Source: Octopus vulgaris
Lineage: Eukaryota
DNA length: 64,000 bases
Assembly: GCA_951406725.2 (NCBI GenBank)
Contig: OX597831.1
Location: 7,440,001 to 7,504,000 of the forward strand
Reading direction: 5' to 3'
The position numbers were made by a program, and so were the translations under genes. The notes under the pieces were generated by a model. It worked only from the letters and a program-made list of their open reading frames with translations, did no database searches and was not told the DNA's origin. Position 1 is the stretch's first letter. Each line of letters starts with the position of its first letter. Shown here piece after piece: positions 25,848-39,250 of the stretch.

Positions 25848-27000
25848 CAGTAAAAATTTATAAAAAATTGAATTTGAAGTAAAAACAGTTTATCTTCTGT
25901 CTGGGGGTCAAGAACATGTCTGGGGATTTTTCGTTGAAGTCTTCGTTAGATATAGTTTGGTATAAAGTTCAAAGTATCAGAGAGTGAGAGAAAGGGATAT
26001 ATAAATATATATATGGCGAGCTTTCCGTGTACTAAATTCATTCACAATAAATTAATCGGCCCGGGGCTATAGTAGAAGTGGTACTGAACTCGAAGCCAGG
26101 TGTTTACATAGCGAGATTTTTTAACCATACAGTCATTCCTTGTGTCGTCTGCCGTTTGTGGATACGCTGTTTCTGAATATTCTGAAATCGTGAACTCCAG
26201 AAATATCCTGTTTATCGGCTGCTTTTGTTTAGCTTTTAGTCCTAGTAAAGAAACTCATTGACTGCCGCTTTTATTCAGATCTATTGTAATTAGAACTGAT
26301 TGGGTTTATTTGAAATTCAGGCTAAGGTTGTCCTGCCGTTTGTGGTTTCTGAATATTTGGTACAACACAATGTATCATGTTTTTGAGTACATTAAAATGA
26401 AGGGAGCAGAGCTACAGTGAATAAGAATGACTATGTTTATGAGTGTTTTTTAATGTGCATTCTTACTAAATCGATTCCACAAACGTATTTCCTACAAAAA
26501 GAAATCTGTTTTTTGCCTCTAGCAGCCAAACTTTGCTTTACCCTTATATTTTCATTTATATTTTATTTCCCATAATCTTTGTTTATCGCTTCTATATGTG
26601 TGCGTGTGTTCTCTACTTCTAAAAACAATTGTATATTTGAAGACAGTTGGCTTTTTTTTACCATAAACATGCATCCTTGCGCTACTCTAATAATCACTAG
26701 TTTTATAATAATCATTATTTTCACGGGATTTCTTGTTGTCGTCATGCAGTTATGTTCTTTGGGAGGCGGGGGTCTTAGTATTCTAATCAATTTTAATGGG
26801 AGAAAGAGGATCCCAGTCCTTTATCGATTTTGAAAGAATGAAACCCAAAGTTCACCTCGACAAAAACTTGACATCAAAGCACAGAAAGTTGCAACACAAG
26901 ACATACTATTCGATGCTCTGTCGCTTATGCTAATGTACAACAATATAATGAATGCATACATATAAGTTTAGATGAATGGTACTTAGTTATATCAATATAA

Positions 27001-27231
27001 GGCGGCGAGCTGGCAGAAACGTTAGCACGCCAGGCGAAATGCGTAGCCGTATTTCGTCTGCCGTTACGTTCTGAGTTCAAATTCCGCCGAGGTCGACTTT
27101 ACCTTTCATCCTTTCGGGGTCGATAAATTAGGTACCAGTTACGCACTGGGGTCGATATAATCGACTTAATCCGTTTGTTTGTCCTTGTTTGTCCCCGCTG
27201 TGTTTAGCCCCTTGTGGATAGTAAAGAAATA
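27001..27231 (+). mobile_element. SINE family A, full length
   Basis: 23-bp TSD GGTACTTAGTTATAT(C/T)AATATAA at 26978-27000 and 27232-27254. Confidence 0.95.
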
Positions 27232-27679
27232 GGTACTTAGTTATATTAATATAATGCACAAAACAAATAAGTCAGGCTTTTGCTTTTTTGTTTTGCTTTG
27301 TTCTGTTTTGTTTTTTTGTTTTTGGTGGGGTTTTTTTTTTGTTTTTTCGAGACTAACACCATTCTTTTTCTTTTTCTTTTTTCTGTTTACAGATGGAAGA
27401 ATTATTGCAAATTATGGAATCGATTGTACACATTACCGCCATCCGAAATAAATTTTCATGTATTTCACTGAATTAAAATAGTTTTTCCCTAAAAAGGAAT
27501 TTAAATGCTGTATTCTTCAATCGTTTGTGTTCGTGTTTCTTTTCGTTTCTGTTTTGTTTTCCTTATCACTGGGCTTCGATTTCAAACTGCTCGCGGATCG
27601 ATTACTTGTCAAAATGAATTTACACACCGCACACACACATACAACAGATACAATAATACAACATTCATACATACATAAA

Positions 27680-27738
<59 letters not shown>

Positions 27739-28022
27739 AAGGCCAAAAGAAAAACATTCTAATGCCATATATGCCGAAAATAGACAAATTGTCAATAACC
27801 ATATAATTTATCACTACAAGCACGCGTCTCGAAGTAAGCCGACAGAAATTTCAAAAAATTCCGTTATTATCGTATCGGTCCCAATTTCAGAGTTAATTCA
27901 TAAGAATTTTCTCCTCGACAGCGATAAATACGGTAAGAAATAAATGAAATACCTACCCATGGAAGAATTTTGGATATATTTGGGGTACTTAGGTGTGCTC
28001 ATGACTTAGTGTTTGCTTCTTA

Positions 28023-28060
<38 letters not shown>

Positions 28061-28475
28061 CATTACACACACAATATATTCTATTCTATTCTATTATAAA
28101 AAAGCTAACATACATATGCGGTCCGGTAGAATAAGTAGGACAAATAGAAGTATATAAATATATATATACATTATATATAAATATATATACATATACATGA
28201 GTGCTTTTCTTAAAATGTTCAGTCGACAGAAAGCTGCAGAAGTGGCTCAATTTCGTACATAGGAACAATCAAACTGAGTTTAACATTTTCTAGAATAATC
28301 TATGATAAAAAATATCGAAGAGTCACTTGAATTTAGTGAGTTTTTAAATATATTCTGGATAGGTTTGAAAGAAAATAAATCGTAGGCTTGCTTTGTCTTT
28401 GTTTTCCATCTCAAAGATGTTTCGGACAGGTTAATTGAAAATGCACAATTTTCACGTGACTGTAATCGAACATTC

Positions 28476-28858
28476 GGTGGAGGCGCAATGGCCCAGTGGT
28501 TAGGGCAGCGGACTCGCGGTCGGAGGATCGCGGTTTCGATTCCCAGACCGGGCGTTGTGAGTGTTTATTGAGCGAAAACACCTAAAGCTCCACGAGGCTC
28601 CGGCGGGGGATGGTGGTGAACCCTTCTGTACTCTTTCACCACAACTTTCTCTCGCTCTTTCTTCCTGTTTTTCTTGTACCTGTATTTCAAAGGGCCAGCC
28701 TTGTCACACTTTGTGTCACGCTGAATCTCCTCGAGAACTACGTTAAGGGTACACGTGTCTGTGGAGTGCTCAGCCACTTGCACGTTAATATCACGAGCAA
28801 GCTGTTCCGTTGATCGTATCAGCTGGGACCCTCATCGTCGCAACCGACGGAGTGCTCC
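28476..28858 (+). mobile_element. SINE family B, body type 1
   Basis: Full copy; TSD TAATCGAACATTC/TAATCAAACATTC. Confidence 0.93.
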
Positions 28859-29083
28859 TAATCAAACATTCCAAAAAGAACTATTTTCACCCAATAAAAG
28901 CAACGAACTCTCAAATTTGAAGTCAGTTTGTAAATGACAAGCACGAAACTCTAACTACTTGAGTCACTTTTATAACTTTCTACCGATTAAAAAAATAACG
29001 GGAATATATAATGCTTCGTTTTTGGTTTGTTTTGCAAGATTCTTTATATGAGTTCGTGTGTTGAAGCATATTCTATCGTATCT

Positions 29084-29466
29084 GGAGGTGCAATGGCCCA
29101 GTGGTTAGGGCAGCGGACTCGCGGTCGGAGGATCGCGGTTTCGATTCCCAGACTGGGCGTTGTGTGTATTTATTGAGCGAAAACACCTAAAGCTCCACGA
29201 GGATCCGGCAGCGGGTGGCGGTGACCCCTGTTGTACTCTTTCGCTCCAACTTTCTCTCACTCTTTCTTCCTGTTTCTTGTCCCCGACTTCCTACGCAACC
29301 GCTGAGCCTGGATGCGCATTCATCCATCCGTCGATGCTCTCGGTATCGGGGGTTGACCTGCTTTCTCTTCTGCGGGTCTTACGAATAGCAAAGGACCACG
29401 TTTCGGACTTCTCCCACAACAGAGGCGCGATCTTGCGAGCTCTGGGACGAAGGCCGCTTCGCTCGA
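29084..29466 (+). mobile_element. SINE family B, body type 2
   Basis: Family B head, then CCCCGACTTCCTACGCAACCGCTGAGCC...GGACCACGTTTCGGACT. Confidence 0.88.
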
Positions 29467-29485
29467 CAGCAACAGCAATAGCAAC

Positions 29486-29790
29486 AACAATAGAAATTAT
29501 ATTAGACAATGTATAGAAACACCCCAAAATAAAGTCACCTCTTAAACAAGCAAACTTATTTCATTTATTAATAAATTGCACAACGGAAGTACCTTTTCGT
29601 TACTCATAAAGTTGGAGTAGCTATGGGTTCTCTTGAACTCCCTACATTCCTAACTGTACTACAAAACAAATAATACCTAAACACAAACTCAAGATACGCA
29701 GACGATATAGGATTTGTAATGGCCATAATCGGAAAACGTTAAGAAATTTCAGATTTAGTCAACTACTCAGTTCTAAAACTTAACTTCCCC
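29486..29790 (+). pseudogene. Penelope-like element reverse transcriptase fragment
   Basis: TIEIILDNV, CTTEVPF, GVAMGS..PTF and RYADDI in the expected order, with deletions and frameshifts. Confidence 0.75.
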
Positions 29791-30736
29791 AAACAATACT
29801 AATGCAATTCCATTTCAGATGAAATATACGATAGATACATTGCGCCAGTTTACATAAAATACCCACAAACAAATACATACACCTGCGTGGAGATTGTGGA
29901 TATCCGCATAACTACAGAATGTCAGTGGTAACATCACTACGTAAAAGAGGATTTAGAGATTTTTCGACAAATGAAACATAAAATAAAGAAACGCACACAT
30001 TAAAACAAATGGAACAAAACAGAATGACGGGAAACCGTTCATTGTCTCTTTCGAAACGACTCTATTGTTCACTGGTTGCACAATTATATGAATAAATAAA
30101 TATGTTCTAGTTTATATATTGAGCTGCATCTTGGCAGACGACACATAACATTTCGCTGTCTTGGTTTCACTAGTTCTCATTGAAAGCTTTTCGTAGGTGC
30201 AGCTTACAGTTCTTGACAACGGGATTACAGAATAATTAGATTATTCGCTAGCATGATGTACTTTGTTCAAATCTTCTGGCAGAAGAATTAAAATAACGAC
30301 TCAGCATAATCAGTTTATCCATGCACAACGGTGTGGTCGCAATATGAAGGATCAGAAATAAAATTACATCTTGACAGCATGCAACGAACGCATTTCGGCC
30401 AACGTTATGTGGAGGCCTCTACAAAAATAACAGCCAATGTTCCTTTAAGTCAATCTTTATCTCCTTGAAAGAGGAACATTTTACTGGGTGTACGCTGAAA
30501 AATAAGATCGGGTGGTTACGGTGTTATCGGGTAGAAAAATAAAACGAGGTATTGCACTTTATTGATTTCACTATTTTCGCCAGAAAAAAATTGTCTTTTT
30601 TGGTTATTTTTGGTATAGCCATTATTGTGACATTTTTTCGCCTGTTGCCTTCTTTTCTTTCTTCTTGTAACGAATCACTGGAGACCAAAGAATTAATAAC
30701 TATATTGTAGGACAAAGCGAAAGTAGTACGTTAGCA

Positions 30737-30795
<59 letters not shown>

Positions 30796-30870
30796 TGTGT
30801 GTGTGTGTGTATGTATGTATGTATCTATCCACCTGTCTTATATCTACACACACACACACACACACATACA

Positions 30871-31250
30871 TATATATATAACTGAGAATGTGTGTGTGTG
30901 TCTGTCTGTGTGTTTCCCTAAAACTACACAACCAATTTCATTCAAATTTTATACATGCCTTACTTAGGACGGGCCTACAACAATATCATATCTTCTCCAC
31001 TATTTCAGTATTACGTGTCAAAAGTAAAACAAAAACATCTCTCTATTGTAACGTCAGGTACTTTCACTTTAATACCGAAACTATTAAAGTCAAACTATTA
31101 TATAAGAGGGATGAACCATTAACAGTGGACATCCATTTTGCTAAAAGAAGATCCGCTATGGTCTTGTATGCTACACCACAGGTTTTCAATTCAAATCAAT
31201 CAAATTAATATTCAATTTCTCACCCTTATTATTTTAAATTTAAATTTAAA
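30871..31250 (+). mobile_element. Non-autonomous Helitron-like element, 5' part
   Basis: TATATATAACTGAGAATG, TG/TCTG microsatellite, then ACAACCAATTTCATTCAAATTTT; typical Helitron-N 5' layout. Confidence 0.5.
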
Positions 31251-31405
31251 CCCAGAACCATGTATTTTGGAACGAAGTTTGTTACCACACAGCCACACCT
31301 GCACCTATGTATGTGTGTATATATGTATGTGTGTATAGCTGTATATGCATACATTTATTTCTATACATAAAGATGTATATGTATACATGTATATGAATTG
31401 ATGTT

Positions 31406-31478
<73 letters not shown>

Positions 31479-31642
31479 GAAATGAAGAAAATGCTGACAA
31501 AATAATTTAAGTAAGGGGGAGTGTATTTAATTAGGTGCCCACACAATTTATCTTTGTGTGTGTGTGTGTGTGCGTGTGTGTACATATCAAAAGATATTTT
31601 GAGTGAGATAGAGTTCCTTTCTGATTGATTTTTTTCTCTTAT

Positions 31643-31682
<40 letters not shown>

Positions 31683-31751
31683 TGTACACATATATATTCA
31701 CATATATACATGTATACATATATACACCTATACACACATACGCACACACAG

Positions 31752-32060
31752 GTGCAGGTGTAGGTGTGTGGTAACAAACTTCGTTCCAAAACACATGGTC
31801 CTCAGTTTAGTCCTACTGTGTAGTGACTTGGCGTGTGTCTTCTGCTATAGCCTCAGACCAACCAAAGCCTTGTCAGTGGATTTTGTAGACAGAAACTGAA
31901 AGAAATCAGTCGTATATATATGTATGTATATATGTAAGTCTGTGTGTGTGTCTTTGTGTTTCTCCCAAATCACTGCCTCACAACTGGTGTTCGTTTATTT
32001 ACATCCCCATAACTTACTGGTTTCACAAGAAGAAACTGATAGAAGAAGTACCAGGCTTAT
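31752..32060 (+). mobile_element. SINE family C, degenerate
   Basis: CCAAAGCCTTGTCAGTGGATTTTGTAGACAGAAACTGAAAGAAA and GATAGAAGAAGTACCAGGCTT. Confidence 0.75.
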
Positions 32061-32142
32061 CAAAATTAAAAAAAAACCCACTAGGCAGTATCTCATATTT
32101 TTGTTTGCCCGCACAATTTATGTGTGTGTGTGAGAGAATGTG

Positions 32143-32450
32143 TGTCGGTCCGGTCCGGTCCGGTGATCTAACTCACGGCACTAGACATCATCTCGGCGGT
32201 CGTCGATTCCAGTCATGTCCGTTCCCCCGTCCGGATTCAGCACCCCTCGGGCGGCATCATTGGTGTGGCACCAGGTTCCCGTTTTTGCCGCACCTAGCGC
32301 TGTGTGGTAGCAGCGCCAGAGAGAGGCATCAGGGTCCGGTCGCTCACACTTGACGCTCATCGGACGGGCACGGATCTATATTTCTGCCAGGTAAACTCCC
32401 GGATCACCTTGGGAGTAGCGTCGATTCCGGTGGTGTCCCCGCAGGAGCAA
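32143..32450 (-). mobile_element. GC-rich probable LINE 3' end with (CCGGA)n tail
   Basis: Minus strand ends GTTAGATCACCGGACCGGACCGGACCGA; decayed Cys/His/Trp pattern reminiscent of an I-group C-terminal zinc knuckle. Confidence 0.4.
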
Positions 32451-32454
32451 AATC

Positions 32455-32690
32455 TTTTTAACAGGTTCAATAAAACTGGAATTTTGGAATATGCGCATAA
32501 AAATCAGTAATATGGGATATATGTGGCACGATTAGAATTTTTGTTAGGGTGTGTAAAGAGGGAAATAACCCTCATCTGCAATTTTGATGAAATTCGAAAC
32601 ATAGATATTCCAGTTCATTAGAGAAAATATAACAGAAAAGTCTAATTCTTCAATTGTATGTAACACGGGCAACGCCGGGTATCTCTGCTA

Positions 32691-32691
<1 letters not shown>
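32455..32691 (+). mobile_element. Helitron-like 3' end
   Basis: GC hairpin CACGGGCAACGCCGGGT followed by CTAG|T (32688-32692). Confidence 0.7.
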
Positions 32692-32761
<70 letters not shown>

Positions 32762-32791
32762 TAATATCGTTTTATCTATCTGTCTATGTAA

Positions 32792-32828
<37 letters not shown>

Positions 32829-33771
32829 AACATACACACACAAACATACACAAACACACATTCACATAATACACACACACATACATACATACATACATAC
32901 ATACATACATACATACATACATACATACATACATACATACATACATAGCCCTTTTACAAGGACAGGGGTGACAGTAATTTCAAAGTTTTGACCTAGTAGT
33001 CTTCGTCGGAGGCCGAAACTTCGAAATCACTGTCAAAATAGTATAGAGTAATTATACAGTTTAATGTTAATTTTTTATTCTATTTTAAGAATCCATAATT
33101 CAGGAAAAAATAAGCATTCGTATATTTGTCAATAAATTGAGTACATTAATCGAAGTACACAGTATTATATATCCATTAGGGTCGATCTCATCAGTCGGCT
33201 TCGCACCGGAAGTTCAACGGGATGCTAGATAATAACACGATTATGTAGTCCTGCGCTCTTCAGAGTTGGCAGTTATGGAAGAAAATATGACACCATATTA
33301 TCTACCATCATCATCATCATCATGGTCATTAACATCATCAGAACCATTACCACTACTATTACCATTCCCTCTCCCCTTTCTTTATTACCGTAATGTTTCC
33401 GCTTCTTCCGATTTACCTCTGTTGTTATCGTTCGGCACTTAGCGAATTTCAGTCGACGATTTCATCCCCAAACGAAGTTCTTCAATGACGAATTCAATCT
33501 TCTAATTTATCCAAGAAAACTTAAAAAGCAATATTAGGTCACCCGTTATTATGGTTGTACTAGTTATTGCCTCTTGGAGCAAAGCCAGAAGTTTTACATA
33601 GCAGCCGTGTCTCAGATTATAATAGCGCCAACGTTGATTTTATGTGGGTTTTTTTTACAGAATATAACACCATATCCTGCTCTAGTTCAGACCAGTTGTT
33701 TCCTGTTGGGGCAAAGGAAGAAAATACGCCGCTCTACTTAAATTTTCCTTCAAATTAATGTTGAAATTAAT

Positions 33772-33937
33772 GTTCAGGTTTTGCCGTAACGTTTGGAACT
33801 AATTCTGTAATAGAATAGTTTAAAAGTTTGTTTTTACAATCAAGAGGTCTTAGGTTCGATAGCACTACGGGGCATATTAGGCCAGCATATTGCACCATAG
33901 CTTCAGGTTGATGTAAAGACTATGTGAGCGAAATTGG
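33772..33937 (+). repeat. 166-bp direct duplication (second copy 39916-40081)
   Basis: GTTCAGGTTTTGCCGTAACGTTTGGAACT...ATGTGAGCGAAATTGG, with few mismatches. Confidence 0.95.
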
Positions 33938-35141
33938 CCAATGTTTCTTTATCTTGGCGAGTTGTATTATTCTTTTTGCATGCATCGAGTTGAATGCAGC
34001 GAATTGGGCGCAACATCACCAGCATACTCAATTAGAACATGGAAACGTGATTAATAACATAGATGTCAAGATACTATCAACACATAGAACAGACATGACA
34101 CTTAGATTACAGAGGCCACACACATATTAATAGACAGACTAAGCCGCAACAGAAAACATGAATGGAATAATAACACCCCTCCACTCCACCACTCCATCAC
34201 ACTACGCAGCCTGATGACTAAAGACAGAATGAGAAGGAAAAACAGACGCAGATACAAACAATATTCTACATAAACCCATATACACACATACACACGAGAC
34301 ACACATACATATACTAAAGACGGAATAAGAGAAACGAATAAGTAAATAAATGAATAAAAAATAACTAAGCAAAAAATACGGGTACAAACAGTGTAGTAAG
34401 CAAACCGAAATACATGCTCATAAAACACACATACTCAACATATACACAGGCATATACGCATACGCACACAGACTGTCTCACACACACACACACTCATACA
34501 GATGCATGCGCAGATAAGGATACACGCCACAGAAAGATAGAAAGGACTGAACAAAACAGGTGGCGACGCGTTGAATGGAGAATTGTTGAAGAGGTCACAG
34601 GATGTGTGACGAAAGATTTCAGACAAAGAATAATAATGATAATAATAAAGCTGAAAGGAAGACCAAATATAGACCAAATCTCCAAATATAGCAATATACA
34701 TACATACATACATACATACATACATACATACATACATACATACATACATACATACATACACACACATACATACATACATACACATACACACATACATACA
34801 TACATACACACATACATACATACATACATACATACATACATACATACACACATCATACATACATACACACATACATACATACATACACACATCATACATA
34901 CACACACATACATACATACAAACACACATAGATACATACATACACACATACATACATATATACGTACATACATACACACACAGATACTTACATACATACA
35001 CACACATACATACATACATACACACACACAGATACTAACATACATACACACACACATACATACATACACACACACATACATACATACATACATACATACA
35101 TACATACATACATACATACATACATACATACATACATACAT

Positions 35142-36897
35142 AACGATGGCCGTCCACTCGTGACCGAAGAACACCATTGCTGACCTTTAAGAACATTGTA
35201 CGCTCTAGAACTAACTTATATTCTGCATTTGCAGCTCCGTTGGTGGCTAATGAGTCCTACTTTTGACAAGCAGACACGACTGCAAACATTGCAAACCAAG
35301 CTTTCCCCATTCACAACACATTAGCAGTGCGCTTTCGAGCAGCACGCTTAAGTTCTTCATGCAGAATACGTGCTCTTTCAAAGGTGTCTACCCACTCCTT
35401 AACCTGCTTCCTTTATCTGTGGTGATGACAGGCATTGCTCTCCCAGTCAGTCTCCTGCATATCACAGGCCTTTAATGAGGACTTGACACAGTCCTTAAAT
35501 TGAAGCCTTTGTTTCTGCCGGTGTTTCTTTCCACTAACAAGTTCCCCATATAGAATCTGCTTAGGGATCCTGACGTCCTTCATTCCAATAAGGTATCCAG
35601 TCCAACGTAACTGGTGCTTGTGCACCATCGCCTCAATACTCAAGATATCAGCTTTCCTCAGGATTTGTGTGTCTGGAGTTCTTATGGTCCAGCCAACGTT
35701 CAGGATGTGTCTTAGACATCGCTGATGAAAGCGTTCAAGAACTTTTACATGACGTTTGTAAAGGGTCCATGTCTCACATGAGTAAAGGAGCGATGTCAGT
35801 ACACATGCACGGTACACATCAATTTTTGTTTGCTTTGTGATGCCTTGCGGGGACCAGACACAAAACCGAAGAGACCGGAAGGAATCAGTTGCTCTCTGCA
35901 GCCTGAAAGATAATTCATCATCCAGGGAGCAAGAACGGCTGAGTGTGCTGCCCAAGTAGACAAACTTGTCTACCACATCCAGTATTGTTCCTTCAACCAT
36001 GATAGCTGGTTCCACAGAGATTTTTTTCCTGGTACAGGCTGGAAGACTACTTGTCCAGGCTAAAGCTGAGTCCAAATGCCCTGCAAGAAGCAGAAATACG
36101 ATTCATAAGTATTTGCATGTCATCCACTGTGTGAATGACTAAGTCATAGTCATCTGCATAAAGGAGGTCACGACTAAGAGACTGGAAAACTTTTGAATTG
36201 GCAGCAAATGGAAGCAGATTAAAGAGGCGACCAGAAGATCGATAACTGACATATATTCCCAGAGAGCTAACTTTAGCAAAAGCATGAGTAAAAGCAGCAG
36301 CAGCAGTGGAGGCGCAATGGCCCAGTGGTTAGGGTAGCGGACTCGCGTGCGTAGGATCGCGATTTCGATTCCCCGGCCGAGCGTTGTGTGCATTTTTTGA
36401 GCGAAAACGCCTAAAGTTCCACGAGACTTCGGCAGTGGGTGGTGGCGATCCCTGTTGTACACTTTCGCTCCAACTTTCTCTCATTCTTTCTTCCTGTTTC
36501 TTGTCCACGACTTCCTTCGCAACCGATGAGCCAGGATACGCATTCATCCATCCGTCGATGCTCTCGTGTCGGGGGTTGACCTGTTTTCTCTTCTGCGGGT
36601 CTTACGAATAGCAAAAGACCACGTTGCGGACTGCAGTCTGGCCTGAGACATTCAACAAACAAACAAAGAAACAAAGCAGCAGTAGCAAAGTACAAAGAAA
36701 AAAGAGTTGGAGCATTTACGAGACACTCATTCAATCGGGTAAGAAGAATATTTGCCAGAACCCTGCCAGAAGCTGATATTAGAGCAATGCCTCGGTAGTT
36801 GTCACACATTATTCTGGCCCTTTTTCCTTTATAGAGAGGAAGAAAAATTGCATCTTTCCAGTCCTTAGGCATTGCACCATCCCTCCAGACTCCAAAC
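35142..36897 (-). pseudogene. RTE-clade LINE, 5' truncated and internally deleted, with (TATG)n tail
   Basis: WKDAIFLPLYKGK, CDNYRGIALIS, APTLFSLYF, LLYADD, FVYLGS, LLYSCETW, RIPKQILYGEL; interrupted by a SINE at 36308. Confidence 0.93.
36308..36676 (+). mobile_element. SINE family B, body type 2
   Basis: Head plus type-2 body, (AAAC)n tail, AGCAGCAGT on both sides. Confidence 0.88.
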
Positions 36898-36945
<48 letters not shown>

Positions 36946-37417
36946 ACACACATACATACATACATACATGCATGCATACATACATACATACATACACACC
37001 ACATACATGCATGCATACATACATACATACATACATACATGCATGCATACATACATACATACATACATACATACATACATACATACATACATACATACAT
37101 ACATACATACATACATACATACATGGAAATAAGTAAAAGTGTAAAGAAGAGAAAAGTTGAGAAAAGTAAATGAAAATTTATATAGAGATTACTTAAACGG
37201 TCTCACAATTTCTTTTTATCTTCAAAAGTTACGGAATAGGGTGAGTTTCGTCGTAGCTGTTATCTGTGGCAGTTCTTCACTTGAAGATTTCTTAACAACG
37301 CATTACGTTTTCAAATTTTAATAGTATTATTACGATGATGTCAAATGGCCCGTTAGTTCTTCTGCCCAAAGCAAGTTGCTAGTTAAGCCATTGATGACGT
37401 CAGTACTTCGAGAATAT

Positions 37418-37803
37418 GGAGGCGCAATGGCCCAGTGGTTAGGGCAGCGGACTCGCGGTCATAGGATCGCGGTTTCGATTCCCAGACCGGGCGTTGTGAG
37501 TGTTTATTGAGCGAGAACACCTAAAAGCTTCACGAGGCTCCGGCAGGGGATGGTGGTGATCCCTGCTGTACTCATTCACCACAACTTTCTCTCACTCTTA
37601 CTTCCTGTTTCTGTTGTACCTGTATTTCAAAGGGCCGGCCTTGTCACTCTCTGTGTCACGCTGAATATCCCCAAGAACTACGTTAAGGGTACACGTGTCT
37701 GTGGAGTGCTCAGCCACTTGCACGTTAATTTCACGAGCAGGCTGTTCCGTTGATTCGGATCAACCGGAACCCTCGTCGTCGTAACCGACGGAGTGCTTCC
37801 ACC
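37418..37803 (+). mobile_element. SINE family B, body type 1
   Basis: Exact TSD ACTTCGAGAATA. Confidence 0.93.
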
Positions 37804-37976
37804 ACTTCGAGAATAACGTGTAATAAATTATGCGGAAGGCTCTGCCTTAATCATCACATCTTTCCTCTTCCTCACAGCAGAGAAATATATAAAAATTATT
37901 GTCAGGGCTTCATCTGAAAACTGTGCTTTTGTTTGTTTTTAGCTTTTGATGCGATTATTATTATTTTATTTATTCA

Positions 37977-38379
37977 TACTCTTTACTTGTTTCAGTCATG
38001 TGACTGTGGTCATGCTGGAGCACCGCCTTTAGTCGAGCAAATCTTCCCCAGGACTTATTCTTTGTAAGCCTAGTACTTATTCTATCGGTCTGTTTTGCCG
38101 AACCGCTAAGTTGCGGGGACGGAAACACACCAGCATCGGTTGTCAAGCGATGTTGGGGGATCAAACACAGACACACAAACATATACACACACACATACAT
38201 ATACATATATACATATATACGACGGGCTTCTTTCAGTTTCCGTCTACCAAATCCACTCACAAGGCTTTGGTCGACCCGATGCTATAGTAGAAGACTCTTG
38301 CCCAAGGTACCACGCAGTGGGACTGAACCCAGAACCTTGTGGTTAGTAAGCAAGCTACTTACCACACAGCCACTCCTAC
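37977..38379 (-). mobile_element. SINE family C
   Basis: Full reverse-complement copy. Confidence 0.9.
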
Positions 38380-38541
38380 ACCAATTTCATCTATTTATTA
38401 TTCATTTATTTCTTGGTTGGCAAAGATTTTATTGATGTGAAGATTTCCAAAACAACGCGAAACGGTTTCAAATTTTAATTCAGGGTCCATTACATGTCTC
38501 TACGACTATTTACCTACACGATATATTGTTATGGCTTATTA

Positions 38542-38586
38542 AGGCAGAATCGTTAGCACGCCAGGGTAAATGCTCAGCGGTATTTC

Positions 38587-38619
<33 letters not shown>

Positions 38620-38750
38620 CAAGCAAGTAAGCAAGTAATCAAGTAAGTAAGTAAGCAAGTAAGCAAGTAAGCAAGTAAGCAAGCAAGTAAGCAAGTAAGC
38701 AAGCAAGTAAGCAAGTAAGCAAGTAAGCAAGCAAGCAAGCAAGCAAGCCA
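38542..38750 (+). repeat. SINE A head truncated by a (TAAG/CAAG)n array
   Basis: GGCAGAATCGTTAGCACG...GGTATTTCG runs into (TAAG)n(CAAG)n. Confidence 0.85.
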
Positions 38751-38959
38751 AGATGTTTCAGCTGGGGAAGAAAACATTACACTGAGAATAATTTTAGCTA
38801 GTTAGACTAGAGCAGCGTGAAAAGAAGTGCCTCACTCAAGGACACAAAGCGCCACCTGGCTCAGGAATCGAACCCATGGCTTTATGAGATGAGCCCAACA
38901 ACATGACTACCAGGTCAAACTCGTTCTTCCTGGTGTATTTCATATGTATATCTGTATAT

Positions 38960-39250
38960 TGGAGGCGCAATGGCCCAGTGGTTAGGGCAGCGAACTCGCG
39001 GTTATAGGATCGCTGTTTCGATTCCCAGACTGGGCGTTGTGAGTGTTTATTGAGCGAAGACACGTAAAAGCTCCACGATCTCCGGCTGAGGGTGGTGGCG
39101 ATCTCTGCTGTACTCTTTCGCCACTACCTTCTCTCACTCTTTCCAGCGGGGTGGCGTCGTTTGAAGGCTAACACAATGCGAATCGAATTGTGACCAGCGA
39201 TGTGTAGCAACATCTGATAGCCTGGTCGGTCACGTTGATCACGGTGATAT
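38960..39250 (+). mobile_element. SINE family B, body type 3
   Basis: Head plus CCAGCGGGGTGGCGTCGTTTGAAGGCTAA...GGTCGGTCACGTTGATCACG; the tail recurs reversed at 47487-47590. Confidence 0.85.

Noticed and set aside
28479-28550. tRNA-like sequences at SINE heads
   Set aside because: They have A and B boxes but continue into SINE bodies with TSDs; not called as tRNA genes.
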